Source of the DNA: the human T2T-CHM13v2.0 reference genome, Homo sapiens
Length of the DNA: 64,000 nucleotides
Assembly (NCBI RefSeq): GCF_009914755.1
Contig: NC_060944.1
Direction: 5' to 3' (one strand)
In this document: positions 1-15,000 of the stretch, one piece after another
Layout: the number at the start of each line of letters is the position of its first letter
How positions within the stretch are numbered: the stretch's first letter is position 1
Notes under the pieces: generated by a model
What the model saw: only the letters and a program-made list of their open reading frames with translations
Databases searched by the model: none
What the model was told of the DNA's origin: nothing
Position numbers and translations under genes: made by a program

Positions 1-3000
1 TGTAAAAAGAGAGATTCAAAACTGGTGAATCAAAAGATAGGTTCAACACTGTGACTTCAGTGCACAACTCACAAAGGTGTTTATCAGAAATCTTCTGTAC
101 AGTTTTTATATGAAGATATCTCCTTCTCCAAAACACAACTCAAATCCCTACAAATATTCACTTCCAGATTCTACGGAATGATTGTCTCAAAACTACTAAA
201 TCAAAACAAAGGTTCAACTCTGTGATGAATGCACTCATCAGAAAGAAGGTTCTCTGAATGCTTCTGTGTAGTTTCTATTTGAAGATATTTCCTTTTCCAC
301 TCTAGGGCGAAATAGGGCTCCAAATATTCACTTGCAGAATCTACAAAAAGAGAGATTCTAAACTGCTCAATCAACAGATACGTTCAACAATGTGAGTTGA
401 ATGCACACATCACAAATAAGTTTCACAGAATGCTTCTGGGTAGTTTTTATTTGAAGAAATTTCCCTACCCAGCTCAGGCCTCAAGTCGCTCTAAATATCC
501 ACTTGCAGATCCTACAAAAAGAGTGTGTCAAAACTGCTCAATCAAAAGAAAGGTTCTACTCTGTGAGATGGATGCAAACATCAGAAAGTAGTTTCGCAGA
601 ATTCTTCTGCATAGTTTTTATGTGAAGATATTTCCTTCTCCACTATAGGTCTCAAAAGGCTCCAAATATCCACTTGCAGATTCGAAAAAAAGACTGTTTC
701 AAAACAGCTCAATCCAAAGAAAGGTTCTACTCTGTGAGATGAATGAACACATCATAAAGTAGTTTCTCAGAATGCTTCTGCATAGTTTTTATGTGAAGAT
801 ATTTCCTTCTCCACTATAGGCCTCAAAAGCCTCCAAATATCCACTTGCGGATTCTAAAAAAAGAGTGCTTCTAAACTTCTGTACCAAAAGAAAGATTCAA
901 CACTGTGAGATGAATGCACAGATCACAAAGAAGTTCCTCAGAATGCTTCTGTGTAGTCTTTATGTGAAGATATTTGTTTTTCCACAGTAGTCCCCAATGA
1001 GCTCCAAATATCCACTTGCAGATTCTACAAAAAGAGTGTTTCAAAACTGCTCAATCAACAGAGACATTCAACTCTGTGAGATGAATGCACCCATCACAAA
1101 GAAGTTTCTCGGAATGCTTCTGTGTAGTTTTTGTGTGAAGACATTTCATTTTCCACAGTATGCCTCAAAGCGCTCCAAATATCCACTCTCAGATTCTGTA
1201 AAAAAAAGAGAGATTCCAAACTGCTGAATCAAAAGATAGGTTCAACACTGTGACTTAGGTGCACAATTCACAAAGATGTTCCTCAGAAATCTTCTGTGTA
1301 GTTTTTATATGAAGATATCTCCTCCTCCAAAACAGATCTCAAAGCCCTCCAAATATTCACTTCCAGATTGTACAGAAAGATTGTGTCAAAACTGCTAAAT
1401 CAAAACAAAGGTTCAACTCTGTGATGAATGCACTCATCAGAAAGAAGGTTCTCTGAATGCTTCTGTGTAGTTTCTATTTGAAGATATTTCCTTTTCCAAT
1501 ATAGGGCAAAATAGGGCCCCAAATATTCACTTGCAGATTCTGCAAAAAGGGAGATTCTAAACTGCTCAATCAACAGATACCTTCAACAATGTGATTTGAA
1601 TGCACACATCGCAAATAAGTTTCACAGAATGCTTCTGGGTAGTTTTTAGTTGAAGAAATTTCCCTTTCCACAATAGGCCTCAAATCACTCTAAATATCCA
1701 CTTGCAGATTCTACAAAAAGAGTGTTTCAAAACTGCTCAATCCAAAGAAAGGTTGTACCCTGTGAGATGAATGCACGCATCACAAAGTAGTTTCTCAGAA
1801 TGCTTCTGCATAGTTTTTATGTGAAGATATTTCCTTCTACACTGTAGGCCTGAAAAGGCTCCAAATATCCATTTACAGATTCTAAAAAAAAAGTGTTTCA
1901 AAACTGCTATATCAATAGAAACATCCAACTCTGTGAGATGAATGCACAGATCACAAAGAAGTTTCTCAGAATGCTTCTGTGTAGTTTTTATGTGAAGATA
2001 TTTGATTTTCCACAGTAGGCCCCAACGAGCTCCAAATATCCACTTGCAGATTCCACAAAAAGAGTGTTTCAAAACTGCTCAATCAACAGAGACATTCAAC
2101 TCTGTGAGATGAATGCACACATCACAAAGAAGTTTCTCAGAATGCTTCTGTGTAGTTTTTGTGTGAAGATATTTCATTTTCCACAGTACGCCTCAAAGCG
2201 CTCCAAATATCCACTCTCAGATTCTGTAAAAAGAGAGATTCAAAACTGCTGAATCAAAAGATAGGTTCAACACTGTCACTTCAGTGCACAACTCACAAAG
2301 ATGTTTCTCAGAATGCTTCTGTGTAGTTTTTGTGTGAAGATAATTCATTTTCCACAGTACGCCTCAAAGCGCTCCAAATATCCACTCACAGATTCTGTAA
2401 AAAGAAAGATTCAAAACTGCTGAATCAAAAGATACGTTCAACAATGTGAGCTGAATGCACACATCACAAATAAGGTTGACAGAATGCTTCTGGGTAGTTT
2501 TTATTTGAAGAAATTTCCCTTTCCACAATAGGCCTCAAATTGCTCTAAATATCCACTTGCAGATTCTACAGAGAGAATGTTTCAAAACTGCTCAGTCAAA
2601 AGAAAGGTTGTACTCTGTGAGGTGAATGCACACATCACAAAGTAGTTTCTCAGAATGCTTCTGCATAGTTTTTATGTGAAGATATTTCCTTCCCCACTAT
2701 AGGCCTCAAAGGCTCCAAATATCCACTTGTAGATTCTAAAAAAATAGTGTTTCAAAACTGCTGTATCAAAAGAAAGATTCAACTCTGTGAGATGGATGCA
2801 CAGATCACAAAGAAGTTTCTCATAAAGCTTCTGTGTAGTTTTTATGTGAAGATATTTGTTTTTCCACAGCAGGCCCCAATGAACTCCAAATATCCACTTG
2901 CAGATTCTATAAAAAGAGTGTTTCAAAACTGCTCAATCAACAGAGACATTCAACTCTGTGAGATGAATGCACACATCACAAAGAAGTTTCTCAGAATGCT

Positions 3001-6000
3001 TCTGTGCAGTTTTTGTGTGAAGATATTTCATTTTCCACAGTACGCCTCAAAGCGCTCCAAATATCCACTCGCAGGTTCTGTAAAAAGAGAGATTCAAAAC
3101 TGGTGAATCAAAAGATAGGTTCAACACTGTGACTTCAGTGCACAACTCACAAAGGTGTTTATCAGAAATCTTCTGTACAGTTTTTATATGAAGATATCTC
3201 CTTCTCCAAAACACAACTCAAATCCCTACAAATATTCACTTCCAGATTCTACGGAATGATTGTCTCAAAACTACTAAATCAAAACAAAGGTTCAACTCTG
3301 TGATGAATGCACTCATCAGAAAGAAGGTTCTCTGAATGCTTCTGTGTAGTTTCTATTTGAAGATATTTCCTTTTCCACTCTAGGGCGAAATAGGGCTCCA
3401 AATATTCACTTGCAGAATCTACAAAAAGAGAGATTCTAAACTGCTCAATCAACAGATACGTTCAACAATGTGAGTTGAATGCACACATCACAAATAAGTT
3501 TCACAGAATGCTTCTGGGTAGTTTTTATTTGAAGAAATTTCCCTACCCAGCTCAGGCCTCAAGTCGCTCTAAATATCCACTTGCAGATCCTACAAAAAGA
3601 GTGTGTCAAAACTGCTCAATCAAAAGAAAGGTTCTACTCTGTGAGATGGATGCAAACATCAGAAAGTAGTTTCGCAGAATTCTTCTGCATAGTTTTTATG
3701 TGAAGATATTTCCTTCTCCACTATAGGTCTCAAAAGGCTCCAAATATCCACTTGCAGATTCGAAAAAAAGACTGTTTCAAAACAGCTCAATCCAAAGAAA
3801 GGTTCTACTCTGTGAGATGAATGAACACATCATAAAGTAGTTTCTCAGAATGCTTCTGCATAGTTTTTATGTGAAGATATTTCCTTCTCCACTATAGGCC
3901 TCAAAAGCCTCCAAATATCCACTTGCGGATTCTAAAAAAAGAGTGCTTCTAAACTTCTGTACCAAAAGAAAGATTCAACACTGTGAGATGAATGCACAGA
4001 TCACAAAGAAGTTCCTCAGAATGCTTCTGTGTAGTCTTTATGTGAAGATATTTGTTTTTCCACAGTAGTCCCCAATGAGCTCCAAATATCCACTTGCAGA
4101 TTCTACAAAAAGAGTGTTTCAAAACTGCTCAATCAACAGAGACATTCAACTCTGTGAGATGAATGCACCCATCACAAAGAAGTTTCTCGGAATGCTTCTG
4201 TGTAGTTTTTGTGTGAAGACATTTCATTTTCCACAGTATGCCTCAAAGCGCTCCAAATATCCACTCTCAGATTCTGTAAAAAAAAGAGAGATTCCAAACT
4301 GCTGAATCAAAAGATAGGTTCAACACTGTGACTTAGGTGCACAATTCACAAAGATGTTCCTCAGAAATCTTCTGTGTAGTTTTTATATGAAGATATCTCC
4401 TCCTCCAAAACAGATCTCAAAGCCCTCCAAATATTCACTCCCAGATTGTACGGAAAGATTGTGTCAAAACTGCTAAATCAAAACAAAGGTTCAACTCTGT
4501 GATGAATGCACTCATCAGAAAGAAGGTTCTCTGAATGCTTCTGTGTAGTTTCTATTTGAAGATATTTCCTTTTCCAATATAGGGCAAAATAGGGCCCCAA
4601 ATATTCACTTGCAGATTCTGCAAAAAGGGAGATTCTAAACTGCTCAATCAACAGATACCTTCAACAATGTGATTTGAATGCACACATCGCAAATAAGTTT
4701 CACAGAATGCTTCTGGGTAGTTTTTAGTTGAAGAAATTTCCCTTTCCACAATAGGCCTCAAATCACTCTAAATATCCACTTGCAGATTCTACAAAAAGAG
4801 TGTTTCAAAACTGCTCAATCCAAAGAAAGGTTGTACCCTGTGAGATGAATGCACGCATCACAAAGTAGTTTCTCAGAATGCTTCTGCATAGTTTTTATGT
4901 GAAGATATTTCCTTCTACACTGTAGGCCTGAAAAGGCTCCAAATATCCATTTACAGATTCTAAAAAAAAAGTGTTTCAAAACTGCTATATCAATAGAAAC
5001 ATCCAACTCTGTGAGATGAATGCACAGATCACAAAGAAGTTTCTCAGAATGCTTCTGTGTAGTTTTTATGTGAAGATATTTGATTTTCCACAGTAGGCCC
5101 CAACGAGCTCCAAATATCCACTTGCAGATTCCACAAAAAGAGTGTTTCAAAACTGCTCAATCAACAGAGACATTCAACTCTGTGAGATGAATGCACACAT
5201 CACAAAGAAGTTTCTCAGAATGCTTCTGTGTAGTTTTTGTGTGAAGATATTTCATTTTCCACAGTACGCCTCAAAGCGCTCCAAATATCCACTCTCAGAT
5301 TCTGTAAAAAGAGAGATTCAAAACTGCTGAATCAAAAGATAGGTTCAACACTGTCACTTCAGTGCACAACTCACAAAGATGTTTCTCAGAATGCTTCTGT
5401 GTAGTTTTTGTGTGAAGATAATTCATTTTCCACAGTACGCCTCAAAGCGCTCCAAATATCCACTCACAGATTCTGTAAAAAGAAAGATTCAAAACTGCTG
5501 AATCAAAAGATACGTTCAACAATGTGAGCTGAATGCACACATCACAAATAAGGTTGACAGAATGCTTCTGGGTAGTTTTTATTTGAAGAAATTTCCCTTT
5601 CCACAATAGGCCTCAAATTGCTCTAAATATCCACTTGCAGATTCTACAGAGAGAATGTTTCAAAACTGCTCAGTCAAAAGAAAGGTTGTACTCTGTGAGG
5701 TGAATGCACACATCACAAAGTAGTTTCTCAGAATGCTTCTGCATAGTTTTTATGTGAAGATATTTCCTTCCCCACTATAGGCCTCAAAGGCTCCAAATAT
5801 CCACTTGTAGATTCTAAAAAAATAGTGTTTCAAAACTGCTGTATCAAAAGAAAGATTCAACTCTGTGAGATGGATGCACAGATCACAAAGAAGTTTCTCA
5901 TAAAGCTTCTGTGTAGTTTTTATGTGAAGATATTTGTTTTTCCACAGCAGGCCCCAATGAACTCCAAATATCCACTTGCAGATTCTATAAAAAGAGTGTT

Positions 6001-9000
6001 TCAAAACTGCTCAATCAACAGAGACATTCAACTCTGTGAGATGAATGCACACATCACAAAGAAGTTTCTCAGAATGCTTCTGTGCAGTTTTTGTGTGAAG
6101 ATATTTCATTTTCCACAGTACGCCTCAAAGCGCTCCAAATATCCACTCGCAGGTTCTGTAAAAAGAGAGATTCAAAACTGGTGAATCAAAAGATAGGTTC
6201 AACACTGTGACTTCAGTGCACAACTCACAAAGGTGTTTATCAGAAATCTTCTGTACAGTTTTTATATGAAGATATCTCCTTCTCCAAAACACAACTCAAA
6301 TCCCTACAAATATTCACTTCCAGATTCTACGGAATGATTGTCTCAAAACTACTAAATCAAAACAAAGGTTCAACTCTGTGATGAATGCACTCATCAGAAA
6401 GAAGGTTCTCTGAATGCTTCTGTGTAGTTTCTATTTGAAGATATTTCCTTTTCCACTCTAGGGCGAAATAGGGCTCCAAATATTCACTTGCAGAATCTAC
6501 AAAAAGAGAGATTCTAAACTGCTCAATCAACAGATACGTTCAACAATGTGAGTTGAATGCACACATCACAAATAAGTTTCACAGAATGCTTCTGGGTAGT
6601 TTTTATTTGAAGAAATTTCCCTACCCAGCTCAGGCCTCAAGTCGCTCTAAATATCCACTTGCAGATCCTACAAAAAGAGTGTGTCAAAACTGCTCAATCA
6701 AAAGAAAGGTTCTACTCTGTGAGATGGATGCAAACATCAGAAAGTAGTTTCGCAGAATTCTTCTGCATAGTTTTTATGTGAAGATATTTCCTTCTCCACT
6801 ATAGGTCTCAAAAGGCTCCAAATATCCACTTGCAGATTCGAAAAAAAGACTGTTTCAAAACAGCTCAATCCAAAGAAAGGTTCTACTCTGTGAGATGAAT
6901 GAACACATCATAAAGTAGTTTCTCAGAATGCTTCTGCATAGTTTTTATGTGAAGATATTTCCTTCTCCACTATAGGCCTCAAAAGCCTCCAAATATCCAC
7001 TTGCGGATTCTAAAAAAAGAGTGCTTCTAAACTTCTGTACCAAAAGAAAGATTCAACACTGTGAGATGAATGCACAGATCACAAAGAAGTTCCTCAGAAT
7101 GCTTCTGTGTAGTCTTTATGTGAAGATATTTGTTTTTCCACAGTAGTCCCCAATGAGCTCCAAATATCCACTTGCAGATTCTACAAAAAGAGTGTTTCAA
7201 AACTGCTCAATCAACAGAGACATTCAACTCTGTGAGATGAATGCACCCATCACAAAGAAGTTTCTCGGAATGCTTCTGTGTAGTTTTTGTGTGAAGACAT
7301 TTCATTTTCCACAGTATGCCTCAAAGCGCTCCAAATATCCACTCTCAGATTCTGTAAAAAGAGAGATTCCAAACTGCTGAATCAAAAGATAGGTTCAACA
7401 CTGTGACTTAGGTGCACAATTCACAAAGATGTTCCTCAGAAATCTTCTGTGTAGTTTTTATATGAAGATATCTCCTCCTCCAAAACAGATCTCAAAGCCC
7501 TCCAAATATTCACTTCCAGATTGTACGGAAAGATTGTGTCAAAACTGCTAAATCAAAACAAAGGTTCAACTCTGTGATGAATGCACTCATCAGAAAGAAG
7601 GTTCTCTGAATGCTTCTGTGTAGTTTCTATTTGAAGATATTTCCTTTTCCAATATAGGGCAAAATAGGGCCCCAAATATTCACTTGCAGATTCTGCAAAA
7701 AGGGAGATTCTAAACTGCTCAATCAACAGATACCTTCAACAATGTGATTTGAATGCACACATCGCAAATAAGTTTCACAGAATGCTTCTGGGTAGTTTTT
7801 AGTTGAAGAAATTTCCCTTTCCACAATAGGCCTCAAATCACTCTAAATATCCACTTGCAGATTCTACAAAAAGAGTGTTTCAAAACTGCTCAATCCAAAG
7901 AAAGGTTGTACCCTGTGAGATGAATGCACGCATCACAAAGTAGTTTCTCAGAATGCTTCTGCATAGTTTTTATGTGAAGATATTTCCTTCTACACTGTAG
8001 GCCTGAAAAGGCTCCAAATATCCATTTACAGATTCTAAAAAAAAAGTGTTTCAAAACTGCTATATCAATAGAAACATCCAACTCTGTGAGATGAATGCAC
8101 AGATCACAAAGAAGTTTCTCAGAATGCTTCTGTGTAGTTTTTATGTGAAGATATTTGATTTTCCACAGTAGGCCCCAACGAGCTCCAAATATCCACTTGC
8201 AGATTCCACAAAAAGAGTGTTTCAAAACTGCTCAATCAACAGAGACATTCAACTCTGTGAGATGAATGCACACATCACAAAGAAGTTTCTCAGAATGCTT
8301 CTGTGTAGTTTTTGTGTGAAGATATTTCATTTTCCACAGTACGCCTCAAAGCGCTCCAAATATCCACTCTCAGATTCTGTAAAAAGAGAGATTCAAAACT
8401 GCTGAATCAAAAGATAGGTTCAACACTGTCACTTCAGTGCACAACTCACAAAGATGTTTCTCAGAATGCTTCTGTGTAGTTTTTGTGTGAAGATAATTCA
8501 TTTTCCACAGTACGCCTCAAAGCGCTCCAAATATCCACTCACAGATTCTGTAAAAAGAAAGATTCAAAACTGCTGAATCAAAAGATACGTTCAACAATGT
8601 GAGCTGAATGCACACATCACAAATAAGGTTGACAGAATGCTTCTGGGTAGTTTTTATTTGAAGAAATTTCCCTTTCCACAATAGGCCTCAAATTGCTCTA
8701 AATATCCACTTGCAGATTCTACAGAGAGAATGTTTCAAAACTGCTCAGTCAAAAGAAAGGTTGTACTCTGTGAGGTGAATGCACACATCACAAAGTAGTT
8801 TCTCAGAATGCTTCTGCATAGTTTTTATGTGAAGATATTTCCTTCCCCACTATAGGCCTCAAAGGCTCCAAATATCCACTTGTAGATTCTAAAAAAATAG
8901 TGTTTCAAAACTGCTGTATCAAAAGAAAGATTCAACTCTGTGAGATGGATGCACAGATCACAAAGAAGTTTCTCATAAAGCTTCTGTGTAGTTTTTATGT

Positions 9001-12000
9001 GAAGATATTTGTTTTTCCACAGCAGGCCCCAATGAACTCCAAATATCCACTTGCAGATTCTATAAAAAGAGTGTTTCAAAACTGCTCAATCAACAGAGAC
9101 ATTCAACTCTGTGAGATGAATGCACACATCACAAAGAAGTTTCTCAGAATGCTTCTGTGCAGTTTTTGTGTGAAGATATTTCATTTTCCACAGTACGCCT
9201 CAAAGCGCTCCAAATATCCACTCGCAGGTTCTGTAAAAAGAGAGATTCAAAACTGGTGAATCAAAAGATAGGTTCAACACTGTGACTTCAGTGCACAACT
9301 CACAAAGGTGTTTATCAGAAATCTTCTGTACAGTTTTTATATGAAGATATCTCCTTCTCCAAAACACAACTCAAATCCCTACAAATATTCACTTCCAGAT
9401 TCTACGGAATGATTGTCTCAAAACTACTAAATCAAAACAAAGGTTCAACTCTGTGATGAATGCACTCATCAGAAAGAAGGTTCTCTGAATGCTTCTGTGT
9501 AGTTTCTATTTGAAGATATTTCCTTTTCCACTCTAGGGCGAAATAGGGCTCCAAATATTCACTTGCAGAATCTACAAAAAGAGAGATTCTAAACTGCTCA
9601 ATCAACAGATACGTTCAACAATGTGAGTTGAATGCACACATCACAAATAAGTTTCACAGAATGCTTCTGGGTAGTTTTTATTTGAAGAAATTTCCCTACC
9701 CAGCTCAGGCCTCAAGTCGCTCTAAATATCCACTTGCAGATCCTACAAAAAGAGTGTGTCAAAACTGCTCAATCAAAAGAAAGGTTCTACTCTGTGAGAT
9801 GGATGCAAACATCAGAAAGTAGTTTCGCAGAATTCTTCTGCATAGTTTTTATGTGAAGATATTTCCTTCTCCACTATAGGTCTCAAAAGGCTCCAAATAT
9901 CCACTTGCAGATTCGAAAAAAAGACTGTTTCAAAACAGCTCAATCCAAAGAAAGGTTCTACTCTGTGAGATGAATGAACACATCATAAAGTAGTTTCTCA
10001 GAATGCTTCTGCATAGTTTTTATGTGAAGATATTTCCTTCTCCACTATAGGCCTCAAAAGCCTCCAAATATCCACTTGCGGATTCTAAAAAAAGAGTGCT
10101 TCTAAACTTCTGTACCAAAAGAAAGATTCAACACTGTGAGATGAATGCACAGATCACAAAGAAGTTCCTCAGAATGCTTCTGTGTAGTCTTTATGTGAAG
10201 ATATTTGTTTTTCCACAGTAGTCCCCAATGAGCTCCAAATATCCACTTGCAGATTCTACAAAAAGAGTGTTTCAAAACTGCTCAATCAACAGAGACATTC
10301 AACTCTGTGAGATGAATGCACCCATCACAAAGAAGTTTCTCGGAATGCTTCTGTGTAGTTTTTGTGTGAAGACATTTCATTTTCCACAGTATGCCTCAAA
10401 GCGCTCCAAATATCCACTCTCAGATTCTGTAAAAAGAGAGATTCCAAACTGCTGAATCAAAAGATAGGTTCAACACTGTGACTTAGGTGCACAATTCACA
10501 AAGATGTTCCTCAGAAATCTTCTGTGTAGTTTTTATATGAAGATATCTCCTCCTCCAAAACAGATCTCAAAGCCCTCCAAATATTCACTTCCAGATTGTA
10601 CGGAAAGATTGTGTCAAAACTGCTAAATCAAAACAAAGGTTCAACTCTGTGATGAATGCACTCATCAGAAAGAAGGTTCTCTGAATGCTTCTGTGTAGTT
10701 TCTATTTGAAGATATTTCCTTTTCCAATATAGGGCAAAATAGGGCCCCAAATATTCACTTGCAGATTCTGCAAAAAGGGAGATTCTAAACTGCTCAATCA
10801 ACAGATACCTTCAACAATGTGATTTGAATGCACACATCGCAAATAAGTTTCACAGAATGCTTCTGGGTAGTTTTTAGTTGAAGAAATTTCCCTTTCCACA
10901 ATAGGCCTCAAATCACTCTAAATATCCACTTGCAGATTCTACAAAAAGAGTGTTTCAAAACTGCTCAATCCAAAGAAAGGTTGTACCCTGTGAGATGAAT
11001 GCACGCATCACAAAGTAGTTTCTCAGAATGCTTCTGCATAGTTTTTATGTGAAGATATTTCCTTCTACACTGTAGGCCTGAAAAGGCTCCAAATATCCAT
11101 TTACAGATTCTAAAAAAAAAGTGTTTCAAAACTGCTATATCAATAGAAACATCCAACTCTGTGAGATGAATGCACAGATCACAAAGAAGTTTCTCAGAAT
11201 GCTTCTGTGTAGTTTTTATGTGAAGATATTTGATTTTCCACAGTAGGCCCCAACGAGCTCCAAATATCCACTTGCAGATTCCACAAAAAGAGTGTTTCAA
11301 AACTGCTCAATCAACAGAGACATTCAACTCTGTGAGATGAATGCACACATCACAAAGAAGTTTCTCAGAATGCTTCTGTGTAGTTTTTGTGTGAAGATAT
11401 TTCATTTTCCACAGTACGCCTCAAAGCGCTCCAAATATCCACTCTCAGATTCTGTAAAAAGAGAGATTCAAAACTGCTGAATCAAAAGATAGGTTCAACA
11501 CTGTCACTTCAGTGCACAACTCACAAAGATGTTTCTCAGAATGCTTCTGTGTAGTTTTTGTGTGAAGATAATTCATTTTCCACAGTACGCCTCAAAGCGC
11601 TCCAAATATCCACTCACAGATTCTGTAAAAAGAAAGATTCAAAACTGCTGAATCAAAAGATACGTTCAACAATGTGAGCTGAATGCACACATCACAAATA
11701 AGGTTGACAGAATGCTTCTGGGTAGTTTTTATTTGAAGAAATTTCCCTTTCCACAATAGGCCTCAAATTGCTCTAAATATCCACTTGCAGATTCTACAGA
11801 GAGAATGTTTCAAAACTGCTCAGTCAAAAGAAAGGTTGTACTCTGTGAGGTGAATGCACACATCACAAAGTAGTTTCTCAGAATGCTTCTGCATAGTTTT
11901 TATGTGAAGATATTTCCTTCCCCACTATAGGCCTCAAAGGCTCCAAATATCCACTTGTAGATTCTAAAAAAATAGTGTTTCAAAACTGCTGTATCAAAAG

Positions 12001-15000
12001 AAAGATTCAACTCTGTGAGATGGATGCACAGATCACAAAGAAGTTTCTCATAAAGCTTCTGTGTAGTTTTTATGTGAAGATATTTGTTTTTCCACAGCAG
12101 GCCCCAATGAACTCCAAATATCCACTTGCAGATTCTATAAAAAGAGTGTTTCAAAACTGCTCAATCAACAGAGACATTCAACTCTGTGAGATGAATGCAC
12201 ACATCACAAAGAAGTTTCTCAGAATGCTTCTGTGCAGTTTTTGTGTGAAGATATTTCATTTTCCACAGTACGCCTCAAAGCGCTCCAAATATCCACTCGC
12301 AGGTTCTGTAAAAAGAGAGATTCAAAACTGGTGAATCAAAAGATAGGTTCAACACTGTGACTTCAGTGCACAACTCACAAAGGTGTTTATCAGAAATCTT
12401 CTGTACAGTTTTTATATGAAGATATCTCCTTCTCCAAAACACAACTCAAATCCCTACAAATATTCACTTCCAGATTCTACGGAATGATTGTCTCAAAACT
12501 ACTAAATCAAAACAAAGGTTCAACTCTGTGATGAATGCACTCATCAGAAAGAAGGTTCTCTGAATGCTTCTGTGTAGTTTCTATTTGAAGATATTTCCTT
12601 TTCCACTCTAGGGCGAAATAGGGCTCCAAATATTCACTTGCAGAATCTACAAAAAGAGAGATTCTAAACTGCTCAATCAACAGATACGTTCAACAATGTG
12701 AGTTGAATGCACACATCACAAATAAGTTTCACAGAATGCTTCTGGGTAGTTTTTATTTGAAGAAATTTCCCTACCCAGCTCAGGCCTCAAGTCGCTCTAA
12801 ATATCCACTTGCAGATCCTACAAAAAGAGTGTGTCAAAACTGCTCAATCAAAAGAAAGGTTCTACTCTGTGAGATGGATGCAAACATCAGAAAGTAGTTT
12901 CGCAGAATTCTTCTGCATAGTTTTTATGTGAAGATATTTCCTTCTCCACTATAGGTCTCAAAAGGCTCCAAATATCCACTTGCAGATTCGAAAAAAAGAC
13001 TGTTTCAAAACAGCTCAATCCAAAGAAAGGTTCTACTCTGTGAGATGAATGAACACATCATAAAGTAGTTTCTCAGAATGCTTCTGCATAGTTTTTATGT
13101 GAAGATATTTCCTTCTCCACTATAGGCCTCAAAAGCCTCCAAATATCCACTTGCGGATTCTAAAAAAAGAGTGCTTCTAAACTTCTGTACCAAAAGAAAG
13201 ATTCAACACTGTGAGATGAATGCACAGATCACAAAGAAGTTCCTCAGAATGCTTCTGTGTAGTCTTTATGTGAAGATATTTGTTTTTCCACAGTAGTCCC
13301 CAATGAGCTCCAAATATCCACTTGCAGATTCTACAAAAAGAGTGTTTCAAAACTGCTCAATCAACAGAGACATTCAACTCTGTGAGATGAATGCACCCAT
13401 CACAAAGAAGTTTCTCGGAATGCTTCTGTGTAGTTTTTGTGTGAAGACATTTCATTTTCCACAGTATGCCTCAAAGCGCTCCAAATATCCACTCTCAGAT
13501 TCTGTAAAAAGAGAGATTCCAAACTGCTGAATCAAAAGATAGGTTCAACACTGTGACTTAGGTGCACAATTCACAAAGATGTTCCTCAGAAATCTTCTGT
13601 GTAGTTTTTATATGAAGATATCTCCTCCTCCAAAACAGATCTCAAAGCCCTCCAAATATTCACTTCCAGATTGTACGGAAAGATTGTGTCAAAACTGCTA
13701 AATCAAAACAAAGGTTCAACTCTGTGATGAATGCACTCATCAGAAAGAAGGTTCTCTGAATGCTTCTGTGTAGTTTCTATTTGAAGATATTTCCTTTTCC
13801 AATATAGGGCAAAATAGGGCCCCAAATATTCACTTGCAGATTCTGCAAAAAGGGAGATTCTAAACTGCTCAATCAACAGATACCTTCAACAATGTGATTT
13901 GAATGCACACATCGCAAATAAGTTTCACAGAATGCTTCTGGGTAGTTTTTAGTTGAAGAAATTTCCCTTTCCACAATAGGCCTCAAATCACTCTAAATAT
14001 CCACTTGCAGATTCTACAAAAAGAGTGTTTCAAAACTGCTCAATCCAAAGAAAGGTTGTACCCTGTGAGATGAATGCACGCATCACAAAGTAGTTTCTCA
14101 GAATGCTTCTGCATAGTTTTTATGTGAAGATATTTCCTTCTACACTGTAGGCCTGAAAAGGCTCCAAATATCCATTTACAGATTCTAAAAAAAAAGTGTT
14201 TCAAAACTGCTATATCAATAGAAACATCCAACTCTGTGAGATGAATGCACAGATCACAAAGAAGTTTCTCAGAATGCTTCTGTGTAGTTTTTATGTGAAG
14301 ATATTTGATTTTCCACAGTAGGCCCCAACGAGCTCCAAATATCCACTTGCAGATTCCACAAAAAGAGTGTTTCAAAACTGCTCAATCAACAGAGACATTC
14401 AACTCTGTGAGATGAATGCACACATCACAAAGAAGTTTCTCAGAATGCTTCTGTGTAGTTTTTGTGTGAAGATATTTCATTTTCCACAGTACGCCTCAAA
14501 GCGCTCCAAATATCCACTCTCAGATTCTGTAAAAAGAGAGATTCAAAACTGCTGAATCAAAAGATAGGTTCAACACTGTCACTTCAGTGCACAACTCACA
14601 AAGATGTTTCTCAGAATGCTTCTGTGTAGTTTTTGTGTGAAGATAATTCATTTTCCACAGTACGCCTCAAAGCGCTCCAAATATCCACTCACAGATTTTG
14701 TAAAAAGAAAGATTCAAAACTGCTGAATCAAAAGATACGTTCAACAATGTGAGCTGAATGCACACATCACAAATAAGGTTGACAGAATGCTTCTGGGTAG
14801 TTTTTATTTGAAGAAATTTCCCTTTCCACAATAGGCCTCAAATTGCTCTAAATATCCACTTGCAGATTCTACAGAGAGAATGTTTCAAAACTGCTCAGTC
14901 AAAAGAAAGGTTGTACTCTGTGAGGTGAATGCACACATCACAAAGTAGTTTCTCAGAATGCTTCTGCATAGTTTTTATGTGAAGATATTTCCTTCCCCAC

